A stretch of 61,641 bases of DNA, the filler included, from Asterionella formosa (taxonomy: Eukaryota), in NCBI GenBank assembly GCA_002256025.1. It is 25 parts of 25 records of this genome, joined end to end, with 100 filler letters (N's around TTAATTAATTAA, not from the genome) between each part and the next. Parts side by side here need not be neighbours in the genome. Positions count along the whole stretch, not along the records: positions 34,633 to 37,002 come from NKIB01015368.1; positions 37,103 to 39,470 come from NKIB01015369.1; positions 39,571 to 41,936 come from NKIB01015370.1; positions 42,037 to 44,402 come from NKIB01015371.1; positions 44,503 to 46,866 come from NKIB01015372.1; positions 46,967 to 49,330 come from NKIB01015373.1; positions 49,431 to 51,793 come from NKIB01015374.1; 18 more parts are not named here. One strand, written 5' to 3'. The notes under the pieces were generated by a model. The model was not told where the DNA came from, did no database searches, and saw nothing but the letters and a program-made list of their open reading frames with translations. Numbering within the stretch: position 1 is the stretch's first letter; the number at the start of each line of letters is the position of its first letter. A program made the translations under genes and the position numbers. Shown piece after piece: positions 36,899 to 49,820 of the stretch.

Positions 36899-39108
36899 AA
36901 TTACTAGTGAATATTTATATAAATATTTATCATATTATGTATATACTATACAAAGCAAGTAACTGGTACACAAGAGGTGTAGCCAGAGATGTTCTAGTTA
37001 AANNNNNNNNNNNNNNNNNNNNNNNNNNNNNNNNNNNNNNNNNNNNTTAATTAATTAANNNNNNNNNNNNNNNNNNNNNNNNNNNNNNNNNNNNNNNNNN
37101 NNTTTCAATATATTTTCCTGACTTGTTTACTATTCTGCTTAACCCTTCAACTCAACAATTTCCTATTTACAGACGAAAGGTAAACAAAGGCATTGGTATT
37201 GAAATTGCTCATTATCTTGGTGATGGTCTTTACCTTGCAAATGAGATTCAGTAAACATCAAATTTCACCTTCAATCAAAGTCAATACGATTGTAGTACTG
37301 TAGTACTGCTCCTTGCAGCAAAACACTTTGAACTGCCTACAAACAATCGCACACTCCGTTTACCAGCAAAGAACTACCGGTAGATTGTTTTGTTGATTTT
37401 TAGAAACACATAAAAGAAAGTAATTTTGACATCGATGATAAAGATGAGTGCAATACTAATAAGTTTTGACTTCCTCATGTGTAATTTGCACAATGAGGTC
37501 ATTGCTGATTGACTATACCACCAAGTAGGACAAGTATGTCCCTCAAATGAAGATTCGAGAGCAAGCATATAACTCACAAGACATCTGAGGAGGGGGAGGC
37601 ATATTAAAAGCTTACTTTGTTTTTGAACAGTATCTTTTATGGCATCGGAATGGACAACTAGTATCATGTAGCTAGCCTACACATACAAGAAGAAGCTACT
37701 AAGGAAGGCTGGCTGATTGTCAACAAAGGCCTTGGACGATGGAGGGATATAGGACCCAAAAAGCTCGATCCAACTTTAAGAAACAATACATAGGAACCCA
37801 AGCCTAAATGACGACTAGGTACAATCAGAGAGAAAGTATCACATGCAGCAACTACTAGGAAAGTAGCAAAGATACCGGTAATGGGCCAAAATAGCTATGA
37901 TTGGTTTTGCGTTCACGTCGAGCTGCTGCAGATTTTCCTTGTGAGATATTTATTCCTTTCTTCTTGTGAACCTCTTTGTAAAACCATTTTTCCAGTGATG
38001 TTACACATATAATTGTTAGATCCAATCAAAGGTATCTGTGTGTTCTAACTTTTATTTGTTTGAAATTATGAAATGTGATGAGATCATGCCATTTTACTCA
38101 CACATTGTGCGTGTGCATGCAGGGATGCATACCTGTGTGACAAGTAAGCCTTGACTTCAGATTTGTTCATGTGAGTGCAAAGCAACAATTGCTTTCTCTA
38201 CCATTCTTTTCCATGAACAAACTGCATCGTAAAAGCTCGCACTACCAGTGATGAACTGGAGTCAGCATTAAACCCCTATTTCTTACATGCCTGTGACCAC
38301 CTCTTCCCGTAAGTATCATAGATATTTATTCAGTCATGAATGCTGAAAAGACAAGAATTGGGTGAAAGTGAGGTTATTTCAAAGAATAAATGCTGGTTTC
38401 CCTGTAATTTTGGCCAAATTTGAACTACCAGAAATACACTCCCATAAATAATCGGTAAATCAATTTTTGTCGCCAAAAATGCGAAATAACCGCGGAGAAA
38501 TTCTAGCCAAACATGCTACCTGGTACCTTTGTTAGGATTTTTCGTGTTGATTACTGTTTATTGTTCTTAGTTTTCTCCTTTGTTTGTTTCTTTCTACGGA
38601 ATACCTGTTAGTAAAACTGCTGTTAATATTTTAAAAATGACTTGTTAAAAAATTGTTACTTTTAGAATTTTAAATGGTGTACCGGTATGTTCCGCAATAC
38701 ACCCATTACCAGAGGACATGTGTACAAATGTCATGTACATGAATTTTATTGTCGCCGGGTACACCAATGAGCCGGACGTATCATGCAGTATTTGTATTGA
38801 CCACCATCTTACATACCGGTAGCTTCATACCGAATGTAGTCACTATTCTTTTTTATGTAGACGTAGAAACATACAGGTAGTTAGTACATACTGGTTTTTG
38901 TCTGTTCCTTGTTCGGGAGGTCATTGCTACTGAACATGCCCACACATCATCGAACACCGTGGCAGTTCAGCAATATGTAATGTCGACCTGGGTTTCGCCA
39001 CCACGTCCTGAATGACGACCACATTTTTCACAGTCAATGATTTATTTACCACCGACATGGACATTTTCACAAGTTCTCCCATTGCCAAATATTTCTTTGA
39101 CCGTTGCC

Positions 39109-39470
39109 ATGTCTTTCAACGCTGAAGAAATGAACACTGTTGATTCCAAATGCACCGCCTCCGAAGCATCATTAAACGAAGACTCAGACTCAGACTCAAC
39201 TGACTCTCCTTCCGATTCTGATTCCGATTCCGACTCTGATGATGGTAGTTTATCGTCCTCCTCCCTCAACTCTGACGACGAGGAATTCCTCACCATTGAA
39301 AATCTTACTTTGACTAATCTTTCGTCCGTCTTCCAAAACAAACCTGCCAACAATATACAAGTTGAAATGAACGACACGCAAGTGTCTGTTATGCTCGCTC
39401 AAATGAGGTTAACCCATGAGAAGCATGTACCTGATTCAGCCTCCGTTCGGACCTCTCATTCTCTTCCCAA
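39109..39470 (+). CDS. Hypothetical protein 5' part with an Asp/Ser-rich tract
   Basis: MSFNAEEMN... with an SD-repeat acidic tract, open to the contig end. Confidence 0.45.
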
Positions 39471-39570
39471 NNNNNNNNNNNNNNNNNNNNNNNNNNNNNN
39501 NNNNNNNNNNNNNNTTAATTAATTAANNNNNNNNNNNNNNNNNNNNNNNNNNNNNNNNNNNNNNNNNNNN

Positions 39571-40225
39571 CTACAGCGATAACTCTAGCAAGTACAATAT
39601 AGAAAAAGAAGGAAAGGATGAGTAGCTGACAACAATTGAATTCGTAAATTCGTTTTGAAACAGCTGCTGCATATTTTAACATTCAATGCATGTTGCCATA
39701 TTGCTTCGAAATTGAGATTTGCCGCAATTGCATCCTTCTTTTTGGAGCAGCTACAAATACTCGAAAGAGCGAAAACTCTAGCAAGTACAATATAGAAAAA
39801 GAAGGAAAGGATGAGTAGCTGACAACAATTGAATTCGTAAATTCGTTTTGAAACAGCTGCTGCATATTTTAACATTCAATGCATGTTGCCATATTGCTTC
39901 GAAATTGAGATTTGCCGCAATTGCATCCTTCTTTTTGGAGCAGCTACAAATACTCGAAAGAGCGAAAACTCTAGCAAGTACAATATAGAAAAAGAAGGAA
40001 AGGATGAGTAGCTGACAACAATTGAATTCGTAAATTCGTTTTGAAACAGCTGCTGCATATTTTAACATTCAATGCATGTTGCCATATTGCTTCGAAATTG
40101 AGATTTGCCGCAATTGCATCCTTCTTTTTGGAGCAGCTACAAATACTCGAAAGAGCGATAACTCTAGCAAGTACAATATAGAAAAGAAGGAAAGAATGAG
40201 TTGCTGTCAACAATTGAATTAGTAA
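39571..40225. repeat. 193-bp tandem repeat (~3.4 copies)
   Basis: CTCTAGCAAGTACAATATAG at 39583, 39776, 39969 and 40162; near-perfect copies. Confidence 0.95.
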
Positions 40226-40313
40226 ATCAGTAATATTAGTAATAATTTTGGTTCCTAGTAGTTCATTTGCCCTTTGACAATAGTCAATTCGTCAAAATTG
40301 AAATTCATTTTCA

Positions 40314-41936
40314 CTAAACTGGAGTGAAGTTCAATTGTCTTGCAACTTCTTTCATTGACCGTTTGAAATACTCATATTCACTCCTAGTTTCATTTGCCAC
40401 CTTGATTCTTTCATCTGTCGTCTCCACTGATTCTTCGTCTAATTTGCTTTTCTTGAACCTGTAAAAGTCCCTGTGCAACTTTGCGTAGATCTTCTTCTTA
40501 GCCACTTTGTATTTCCTCTCGCCCTTTGCTGCAACCTCCTCGAATTTTTAATGTAGCTCTCGTCATTCATCATCCCTTCTTTAATTTCATCTCCAAAAAG
40601 GTCTGGGGGTGCAATGTTCTGATCAATACAAGCCTTATAAATTTCACTCTTTTTCTTCATCCGAAGCTCCACATACATCTTTTTCTTCATCTCTTGGAAG
40701 TACCAATCTGTGGCACCCTTGACTTGGTCTGGGGGAAAGTGAATAATCACGTTCAAACTCTTTGTACTCTTTGAACTCTTAGTACTACCAGTTGTTATCG
40801 TTGAAGTTCTTGCTGAAATAACTTGTGGAGTCAATCCACTGATGGAAGATGCCGGAGTTGTGCTTACTGGAAGAGAAATGGCCACTATATCATTACGAAC
40901 TCTAATGGCAGGCACACTGTTGTTCCCTGGCGTAACTTCAATGAAAATTTCCATCAGTTAGTCAATATTTTCCATGAACATCAGTTCAACAATTCCACTT
41001 TGTTCACTTCCCCGAAGTGACTAACCTTGTGGAACTCCAGCCAAAACAAGAAGATTGGACTTAAAGCTGATCTCCAACTGCCTGCTCATGGCAGTTGTCC
41101 TTTGATGAACAACTATGTCATACAGGCTGTTGAACCTGGCATATCCCTTTGCGTCCCAGCCACCATATCTCTTTCCCTGTCCTCCAGTACCGGTATAAAC
41201 GTATTTTTGTGCAATAGTATAATCTTCATGACCTTTCATCATTGCCTTATGCAACCAGACATCCCAACAATTCTCCAAGACCAGCAATGAAAAAACCTCG
41301 TCAGAAACACTAACAATGTCACTGAAATGCTTCTTAGCACACTGTCGTTTCCAAGACAGCTTTCGCCCAACCCTGGAATAAAAGTACTCAACTAGCTAGA
41401 AGGAAGAAAGGATGATTCTTGGTTCCTTCTCCATCACCTGTCTCCTGAATAGAAACAGAACGGCTGTTGGAGATGGTATGCTTATTCAGATGATTGTGCA
41501 TACCATCACGAAAAAGTCCTGAAGTTTTGTAGATTGGAATGGAATGATTTGTAAGCAGTAAACAATGAGTATGTTAACCAAGTCAAGAACAAATCAGGCA
41601 TACCACCAAGTCAAGTTGTTTACTTACTAGCAAAGGCATGTTTGAGAGTGGTAACAACGGCATTTCTTTTCTCAGACATCACTTTATTAATATCATTCTT
41701 ATATGTCTGCCAAATTGACTCGAAGTCCTTATCGGTTCCCATGAATAGACTTGGGAAGTGAGCACGAAATGAGAGTGCCAGACTAGTTGGTCCCCTTTCA
41801 TCAAGTTCAATATCACCTGTGATAAACTTGAATTTTGGGAAAAGTTCAAGTTTGACCCATTGACCAACATTTCGGGTCCAATGCTTGTCTCTTCCAATGC
41901 CATGGCCACCAGAAAGTTGAAGTCTTTGCTTCTCCG
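40314..41936 (-). pseudogene. Fragmented uncharacterised ORF, probably a transposon accessory gene
   Basis: VSDEVFSLLVLENCWDVW...KY...GGWDAKGYARFNSLYDIV motif; several broken or possibly spliced frames; ends next to the 193-bp repeat. Confidence 0.55.
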
Positions 41937-42036
41937 NNNNNNNNNNNNNNNNNNNNNNNNNNNNNNNNNNNNNNNNNNNNTTAATTAATTAANNNNNNNN
42001 NNNNNNNNNNNNNNNNNNNNNNNNNNNNNNNNNNNN

Positions 42037-42980
42037 TCTGTACTGGATGGTCGGCGCGGAGTTCTGCCTTGACAGCGTCAGCGTCTTTTTTGAACATGAG
42101 AAACGATGGGATGGAAATGTCGGAACCTGAACCATCATCGGCCATGATTGGCTCCGAAGTCTCGCACGTGGTTTGATCGGATAACTCAACGCATTCCAAA
42201 TCAGAGCACAAGCAAGTATTATCAGCAATAATAACCCCTGCAGCACCGGAACGCTGTGCATTTCGGGCCTATACCGGAGCATCGTTAGGTGTGGATTGAT
42301 AGCAATATACAATAGATCGAGATTCCAATTGAGCTAAAATTGGCGTACCTTCTGCACAAAAGTACAACCACCACGATCAAGCATGAGAATGTAAGGTGGA
42401 GTCCAAGCATCCATCTTGCCGTCACTGCCTTTGGTTCGCGAAGGGAATCCCTTGTGTGTATCCACATTTGAATCACATAAGTCAGAATCGGCATAGTAAA
42501 CGTTCTGGGCGATGGAACCACCGTAGGGAGGAACTCCAAAGAGAGCTTCTCTGTGGTCATACCCACCTTCCTTGAAGAGGCTATGAGGAATCTTATCGAA
42601 GAAAAAGAAAGCGGCTTTCGTTAGCAGGTGTGCGTGGTTTCGAGTCACGCGTGCGCCTGGGCAAGGAGTTCGAGGTGGGATGCTTTCATACGTCAATTGC
42701 AAAGGCCTTGAGACTCTAAAACAAAGACGCCTCAGCCGTCCATGAGTGCTGCAACCCCGGTAACAAGAAAAGCTTCAACTGGACTACCGAGAGCATGGTT
42801 ACGGCATCCCATGCCCGTTTCGAAAAGCGTAGATTGAATACCACGAGCTACGTGAAAGACATGGGAACCCAGATTTCTGTTGGAGGAACTCACATGGATC
42901 ATGAGACGACTGGACACATTGTCAGGCGTCTTGGCGGCTGCCAAAACTGCCAATAGTGCTGCAATTGAGAGGCGGAGCAT
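42037..42980 (-). CDS. VSR: Vacuolar sorting receptor-like PA-domain protein, 5' part; exons 42980-42894, 42591-42349, 42268-<42037
   Basis: Signal peptide; ALFGVPPYGGSI, ILMLDRGGCTFVQK|ARNAQRSGAAGVIIADN, PIMADDGSGSDISIPSFLM; phase-0 GT-AG introns give a continuous frame. Confidence 0.9.
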
Positions 42981-43725
42981 GGTTGCGCGATAAATGGCTC
43001 TTTCGAGTAGAAAGAAAGCTTTAATATCCTCAACACAAAGTTGCCAGACGTTACCACTCACTCTATACCAGGTAATATTTAGCTAGCGGCATCAATGTGG
43101 CCCGGTCGTCTTCTGCGGCAATCACGGGAAAACAAAGACGACAACTGTGACCTTCGTCGGGAAAGAATTCGTGTTAATAATTTTTTGCGTATTCCCTGGT
43201 ACAACCAGTACGAGGAACTGGACATACTACCCGGTACCCGGTACCCCTGGTACTACATACTGCTCCCAAAGAGAGCAAGTTTGACTTCCGGTAAATGATA
43301 CCGTTAGTACATCAGGCATTAGTACCAGTGGGAGTTACGGTAGAAGACGGGTTTACTATGAGGAAAACAAATCTAAATTTCTTATTTCCCGCAACGTGCA
43401 CAGGGACCGTACTGGTATATGGTTGGGGGCAGTTGGCAGCATCCACTACTTGTAAAAGAACACTGAGCAAGGATTCTGCTTTTGCCACCAGGGACAAACG
43501 GAAAACATGCTTGTACACATGGAAGTGGATTTTTGATAAAGGTTTCAAAATTTGCCGCAAAAACTAAAGGCGTTACATGTTTACTATATGCTAGCGACTA
43601 TTCGATTCTATCCATTTGACTAATATACAATAACAAATGAGGGAAAGATGACATGATCATTGTCGTCAAATCGTCAGCGATTTGTTGTAGTTGTTGCTGA
43701 CATACTGACGATGAACGATAACTTA

Positions 43726-44402
43726 GAGCATCGCCACCGCATTGACCAAATACCAATCCAATTGAAGTTGCGGGTCATTACACGTCATGATGCATTGTGT
43801 TGGTCGAAAAAGCAAAAACATTTTAGCCACCGCATCGACCAAGACCAAATATGCTTTGGTCTTGATCGAGGATGACCCCCTTATCGACCAAATATCAGGT
43901 AGTTGGTCGATTAGACTCCGACCGTAGCCAAATAAAAGGAGCATTTCTATTGGTTTAGATTGTGGCTCGCGCCGGCAAGCTAACATTTATAGTTCAATGA
44001 GTGCATACATAATCACAGTACATTCACTATTGTCTCTTCATGTAGAACTCTATAGGCCAATGTGATCCTGGTGTGGTGTATACATCATATTGAGTCAACA
44101 TCATAAAACAACAATCATCATTGTCAGGATGGGTTCCGGTGTCACGTGGGAGAAGGAAGAGGACGAAGCACTCTCTCGGGCCTGGGTAGCTGCAAGTGAA
44201 GACGCAATCACTGGGACTGGTCAGAAAGCAAGCAAGTTTTGGAGCAGGGTATTCGAGATTTATGTTGAGCTTATCCCAGATGGGAAGGATCGCACCTCAA
44301 CAGCGTGCACTGCTCGATGGGGAACAATCAATCAAGATGTGACAAAGTTTTGCGGCCTCTATTCACAGGTTACATCCATTGCTAAGTCAGGATGGACAGA
44401 CG
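43726..44402 (+). mobile_element. PIF/Harbinger element end with Myb/SANT-like (NAM-associated) ORF1 from 44129
   Basis: TTA followed by TIR GAGCATCGCCACCGC; MGSGVTWEKEEDEALSRAWVAASEDAITGTGQKASKFWSRV...RWGTINQDVTKFCGLY...SGW is the Harbinger DNA-binding ORF signature. Confidence 0.88.
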
Positions 44403-44502
44403 NNNNNNNNNNNNNNNNNNNNNNNNNNNNNNNNNNNNNNNNNNNNTTAATTAATTAANNNNNNNNNNNNNNNNNNNNNNNNNNNNNNNNNNNNNNNNNN
44501 NN

Positions 44503-45284
44503 GCTCAAAGTCCTTGATGACATTGACCATATTGGTGTCATCACTGAGACTCTTGACATACATGATGGAGTCCATACCTGTGAGTTCAAGATGTGCCAAA
44601 ACCTTAACACCATAGGAGTATAGGTCTAGTTCCTTGCCATCCTTTTTAAACAGAATGAGAGGTGGAGCTGTGCGGTAGTTCCAGTTCCTTGACTGATCAC
44701 TGGACTTAGTTGGACGAGAGCAGTTGGGAGAATGCTTGATTGCTTTGACATTGGTCAGTCCAGTCCAGTCAATGTTAGGTTGACCTCCAGTCCATGCAAC
44801 AATTTCGGTTGGACAAATGGTGAGTCCTCCCATAATAGGTTTGTCAATGGTCATGGAAGAAGGGAGAGGATCAGGAATATTGCCAGACATGATGAGGAAG
44901 TATTATAAAGAAGACTTCCTTGAGTAATAAAAAAGAAAGTGACTGAGATTGTGTTAATCTTGTAGAGGTTGCTTTTATTTCACAGAAAATAAGCGCAATT
45001 GGGCTTGATAACCAGTCAGTATATCACTTGATGATGTAGTGATATATATAAGAGATTGAGACTTGAATGGAAGTAAATGAAAACTAGAAATTTCCAGAAG
45101 ATTACAGATTGTAGAAGGATCCAAGGTTGTGTAGAACTCAAGTGACAAACTGTGTGAAAGGTCGAGAAGGGTGGATCTTGTAGGGATCCAAGGTGGTGGA
45201 TCTTGTAGTAGGGATCCAAGGTGGTGGATCTTGTAGTAGTGATCCAAGGTTGAAAGAAAGGAATGAATGTAAGTTTGGTTGACA
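44503..45284 (-). mobile_element. 5' end of a CoDi-type Copia element: putative LTR (45284-45014), PBS-like site, gag start (44890)
   Basis: AWTGGQP..WTGL and HLELTGMDSI resemble diatom Copia gag; TGTCA...TGACT ends followed by GGTTATCAAGCCCA; 27-bp repeats inside the LTR (~45165-45250). Confidence 0.6.
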
Positions 45285-46968
45285 AAACTGATGTTTTCAA
45301 TTATATGAGCTTAATTCTAGTTGGCAAAATGAGGAAGGTGAGGAAGTGCCAGAAGCAACTAATGAAGTGCTGGCATCATGGAATGAGTACTAGTGAATCT
45401 ACAGAATCCTAAGGGAAAGGTAGAGAAATGCCAGTAGCAAGATCAGAGGTGCTGACAGTAAGCTGTGTATGAAATGTACAGCCTGGTACCATAGACCTGC
45501 CTACTTGGTACCAGCAGCATTGTGCTGGTGCTGTTATACCAGTACTACTATGCATAAAGCCTGGCACCAGTACACAGTCTGGTAGCATCACTAAATTCCC
45601 GCCGGAAGTATCATCATGGTACCTGCCTGGTACCTGGTACCACAGAACCATCGTCTGATGGCCAGTACTAGGTACTACCAGGTACCAGGTACGAAGCCTG
45701 TTACTGCTAAGCATCATTAAATTCCTGCCGGCAGCTGGTGTGCAAACCAGTAGTACCTGGTAGTAAAGTGCTGCTCCAGCAGTATGGTGCTGCCGTCATT
45801 GACAGGGCAGGACCGATTTAGCGCTACTGTTGGTAATACCAGCATTGCTCCTAGTAGCTACTAGTATACAAATGACCAGTATACTGACTCGAACAAAGCT
45901 CAATGGCACAAGTGCGCCACTCACATCAGCCACCCGTTCTGTTCTGTTCCGTCGCGTTCCGCTCGCGTTCGCTTTTACGTTGACTTGAATCTCAGTTACC
46001 ACCGGTCACCCATTGCGGCGTGCATCGCTCGCTTTCAATTCTCGTCATGCTCACACCGGAGAATACCGGCTCAGCAGCCAGCCCACTCGCCGCCGTATTT
46101 GTCCTCCAAAAGTCAAGGTTCCCTCCCGAATCGCGCCGGTTCCCACTGAGTCGATGAAGAAAGAGGCACCCGTAACAACAAAGTAGCTATTCCTAGCGGG
46201 AGACCATCGTGTGGAGGTTGGGCAGGGAGCCATCCTTTCTTTCGTAGTTGTGGTGGGGATCAGGATCATCATGAGGGATTGTACAAACCAGCAATAAGAC
46301 AAGCGTCAGATGCGACATTAAAAAAATCGTCAAGATTTCGCGGTGCATTTATTTTATTGGCGCATGTGGATGGTTTGTACTTTACATTTTATAGGTTTTT
46401 AATTTATTTTAATGAACAAAGAAAGTCTTTTTGTGCGTACCAGTAATAATATTCTCATTATCATACTTTATTTTTATTTTCAGTGATCATGATGATATGT
46501 GAAGCAGATGCATTTGAACAGATCGCCGACCATGACGGCACTGTTTTTCTTGCATCGGCACTAAAATACTGTACACATGTCATAGAGCAAGAATGACAAC
46601 GCAAAGGATGGCACTGGTACCAGACCAGTAGACTACCAGTGGTGTATCACTGTACACAAATACCGGTAATTACCGCGAGTAGTCTGGTACCAGGTAGAAA
46701 GATCTATGCATATATATATATATATGATATCAACAAGCGTTACAAAAATATCATCCATCAGTCATAATCAATCTGGAGAAGAGACCTAAACTTAATAAGT
46801 TAAGTGCCATATTAGGTATCTTAGGAGTACAGGGTAGTATAGATGTAGATATAGATATAGCAGAAANNNNNNNNNNNNNNNNNNNNNNNNNNNNNNNNNN
46901 NNNNNNNNNNTTAATTAATTAANNNNNNNNNNNNNNNNNNNNNNNNNNNNNNNNNNNNNNNNNNNNCA

Positions 46969-47595
46969 TGGGACGGCTGGAGACGAATGATCATACGGTA
47001 TCCACAACTCTTGACACATTCTGTGGAGAGGGTTTTGCAACCCAAATTGAAATTTCTACAAACAACGCTGCTGGAACTAAACACATACGACAGCGTGCGG
47101 CGGGTTGTGGCATACTTCCCTCCGATTTTTTGGTTGTCTCAAGAAATATTGCTGCACAAGGTAGAATACTTGAAACGAAAGCTGGATCTATCCCCAGAAG
47201 AAATTCGGGGCGTGGTCTTAACCTTTCCACAGGTTCTGGGCTTGAGCGTGGATCAGAACTTGGAACCTACAATAGATTTCTATAGAACATGCATGACAGA
47301 GAAGCAACTCAAGGATTTTTTCCTTTATCAACCGTCTCTGCTTGCGTATAGTTTAGAGAAGCGGATAAAACCAAGAATCGAGATACTGCAAGCAACTGGT
47401 ATTGAATTTGCGTACTCACCGCCCTCGTTGATGTCCTTTACAGATTATAAGTTTCAACAGTGGTAAGCGCAAAATTGATAAGCAGATATGTATGGTTATT
47501 TTTGAATGATGGTTTAAATGTAACATTTACCGTCTTGTTCTTCGTGCAGGGTTATCATGCACACTGAATCATGGTCTTTGACCCAAGAAGAATAA
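46969..47595 (+). CDS. mTERF-domain protein, 3' part; intron 47463-47549
   Basis: Repeats YPQLLTHSVERVLQPKLKFL, FPQVLGLSVDQNLEPTIDFY and QPSLLAYSLEKRIKPR; GTAAG...GCAG intron, last exon ends TAA. Confidence 0.9.
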
Positions 47596-48396
47596 GAGAG
47601 CTCCTATTGAGCCGGAGATTATGTCGTTTCGGAGGGACGTGTGGCTTTTGGTTGGATCCCGCCGTGTCATTGACAAGAACATGCCTGGTTACACTCATTC
47701 TATGATAGATACTTTCCTTTTGGTCGTGCCTCTCTTCAAGATATCAATTGGTGTGTCGCTATATCTTGCTCCAGTTGATGAAGAGCTGATATCTCCGTAG
47801 TATACACAATACCTACATGATAGTTGCATAGAATCTTGATCGTGCCGAAGGAGATCCTTGATTACTACATGGACTACCACAGTATGTTCTTGTGGCTTGT
47901 TACAGTGTTCACAAAACGTGTGTAGCTCGTCAAATGTTTGCACTCTTCTCTATACTTGATTCTGCCATATGGATCAATTGCTAAACATTCCTGATGAGGC
48001 GGACAGTGATGGAATGTAAATTAAGATTTCATGATAACCCAAAAAAAGAATATGACTACACCATCACGTTATATGCATCGATTTCTAATTTACAACCGGA
48101 TCATTCCTTCAGAGCCACGAGAAAAATAGGAGGATAGTGTTTATGAGCTTCACCATCAGTCTACATTTTATGTCTATTGAATAAATAAGTTAACGAGATC
48201 GCCAGGCGAAGAATTGCAAAACGTTGTCTTGAGACCAATTCCTTGTCGGTACCATCAGATTCAGGCCCATATGGGTCTAAAAATGGCTCCCTGTATACAG
48301 TACAAGTTAATGTGTCCCCGTGAGTGGGTACCTTCCTTTCGGTCAAATTCCAAAAGCAGGTAATGTTCGTTCACTCAAGCGCAAAACCAAAATCCT

Positions 48397-49264
48397 TCAT
48401 ATTAATGATCCAGATCCCCCCGTTTGTTGTATCGGTACCACATATCCACTCTGCTTCCCACTGGATCGTACATCAAATCTATTATCGATGTATCCTGTAT
48501 AGCTTGTTTGGTGCGTGTTCCTATTGAATGAACCATTTTCTTCTTCTCGCATATCCAATTCATTCTCCTTGACAATGCTATTCCTATAAAAAAAGATCAA
48601 TGCACCAAATCCAAAATAAAGAATGGTCAAAAACATGCACATGATGGAAAACGCCACAGACGATCGTTGCATCACTGCCTGTCGTGTGGTAACTTGTACT
48701 TCGCGTCGCTGATTCTGATGGTCACTTGTGGAATCTCGAATCTATGAATGAAAAATTCGGTCGTTAGATAAAAGTAGAATACCGGTGATGATAACAATAC
48801 ACTCTCACAACCCCAGGGCTTACCTCAAATTCACTAAACAAGACAGAACATACCAGCGTCACGTTGGCAAACATCAATAGCGCGCCAATGAAAGCTCCCA
48901 GTCCCAATGGCGTTGTTCGATGCACGTTTGCCGAGCAGCAAGTATAATATTGGCCAGTCAGGGACTGAAATCCAAGAATGACAGTTCCAAAGATGCTCAT
49001 CAAGGACGCCAGCACGGCTGTCCACAGCGCAGCAAACGCCATGGCCCTCGACGTTACTGCAATCTCTGGTACTAGCGCTCCATTTTCTGCGTTGTTGTTG
49101 TTTGCGCCGTCGTCAGTTTCCATGTCCACAGAGTTGGTAGCCAGAGCAAAGATGATGGCTGAGGCAAAAGACAAGAGCGCCGCCAAAGTCACCAAGGACC
49201 AGATGAATGCCGACAGCCCTCGACGGCTTTTCACAACGGCGCTGCAAATGGAATCTAGCGACAT
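48397..49264 (-). CDS. Four-TM hypothetical membrane protein (~261 aa); exons 49264-48824 and 48741-48397
   Basis: Two ORF pieces joined in frame by a GTAAG...ATAG intron (48823-48742); four hydrophobic segments; convergent with mTERF. Confidence 0.8.
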
Positions 49265-49820
49265 TGGGAGCGAGTTATTCGGGTTGAGCAGTGTAAGCTG
49301 AAGGAGCAACAGAACTGAGTCAACAAGTCCNNNNNNNNNNNNNNNNNNNNNNNNNNNNNNNNNNNNNNNNNNNNTTAATTAATTAANNNNNNNNNNNNNN
49401 NNNNNNNNNNNNNNNNNNNNNNNNNNNNNNGCTCGTCCACTTTGAGTTGACCAAAGAATGGTGCAGTGACCGTTCATCGCCATGAGCAACAGCGGTTACA
49501 AATAACATGAGCTGATTTTCTTGGAAAATGTCTGATGATGTTACATCAGCCACATGTACCCGGTACTCAGTTGTGGTCATTTCGCTTAAATAAAGAATTT
49601 AGTAGCGCATAAAGATAGCTAAAGTCTTAGTCTGCCACAATTACCGCAACTCCTTGCAGGGACTGTACTCCTCAGATATGTATAAGAAGCAAACCGGTAG
49701 AATTGAACCCGGATTTCAATGAAACCCCGGGTTCTATGTTCACATGGCCGTGGCGTCGAACTGTTCGAATATCCCTGTACCTGGATTGATTCTTTCATGC
49801 TGCTTGCTTACCGGTAGTTT

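Noticed and set aside
39585..40213. Repeated identical ORFs (MLKYAAAV..., MQQLFQNE...)
   Set aside because: By-products of the 193-bp tandem repeat; no coding evidence
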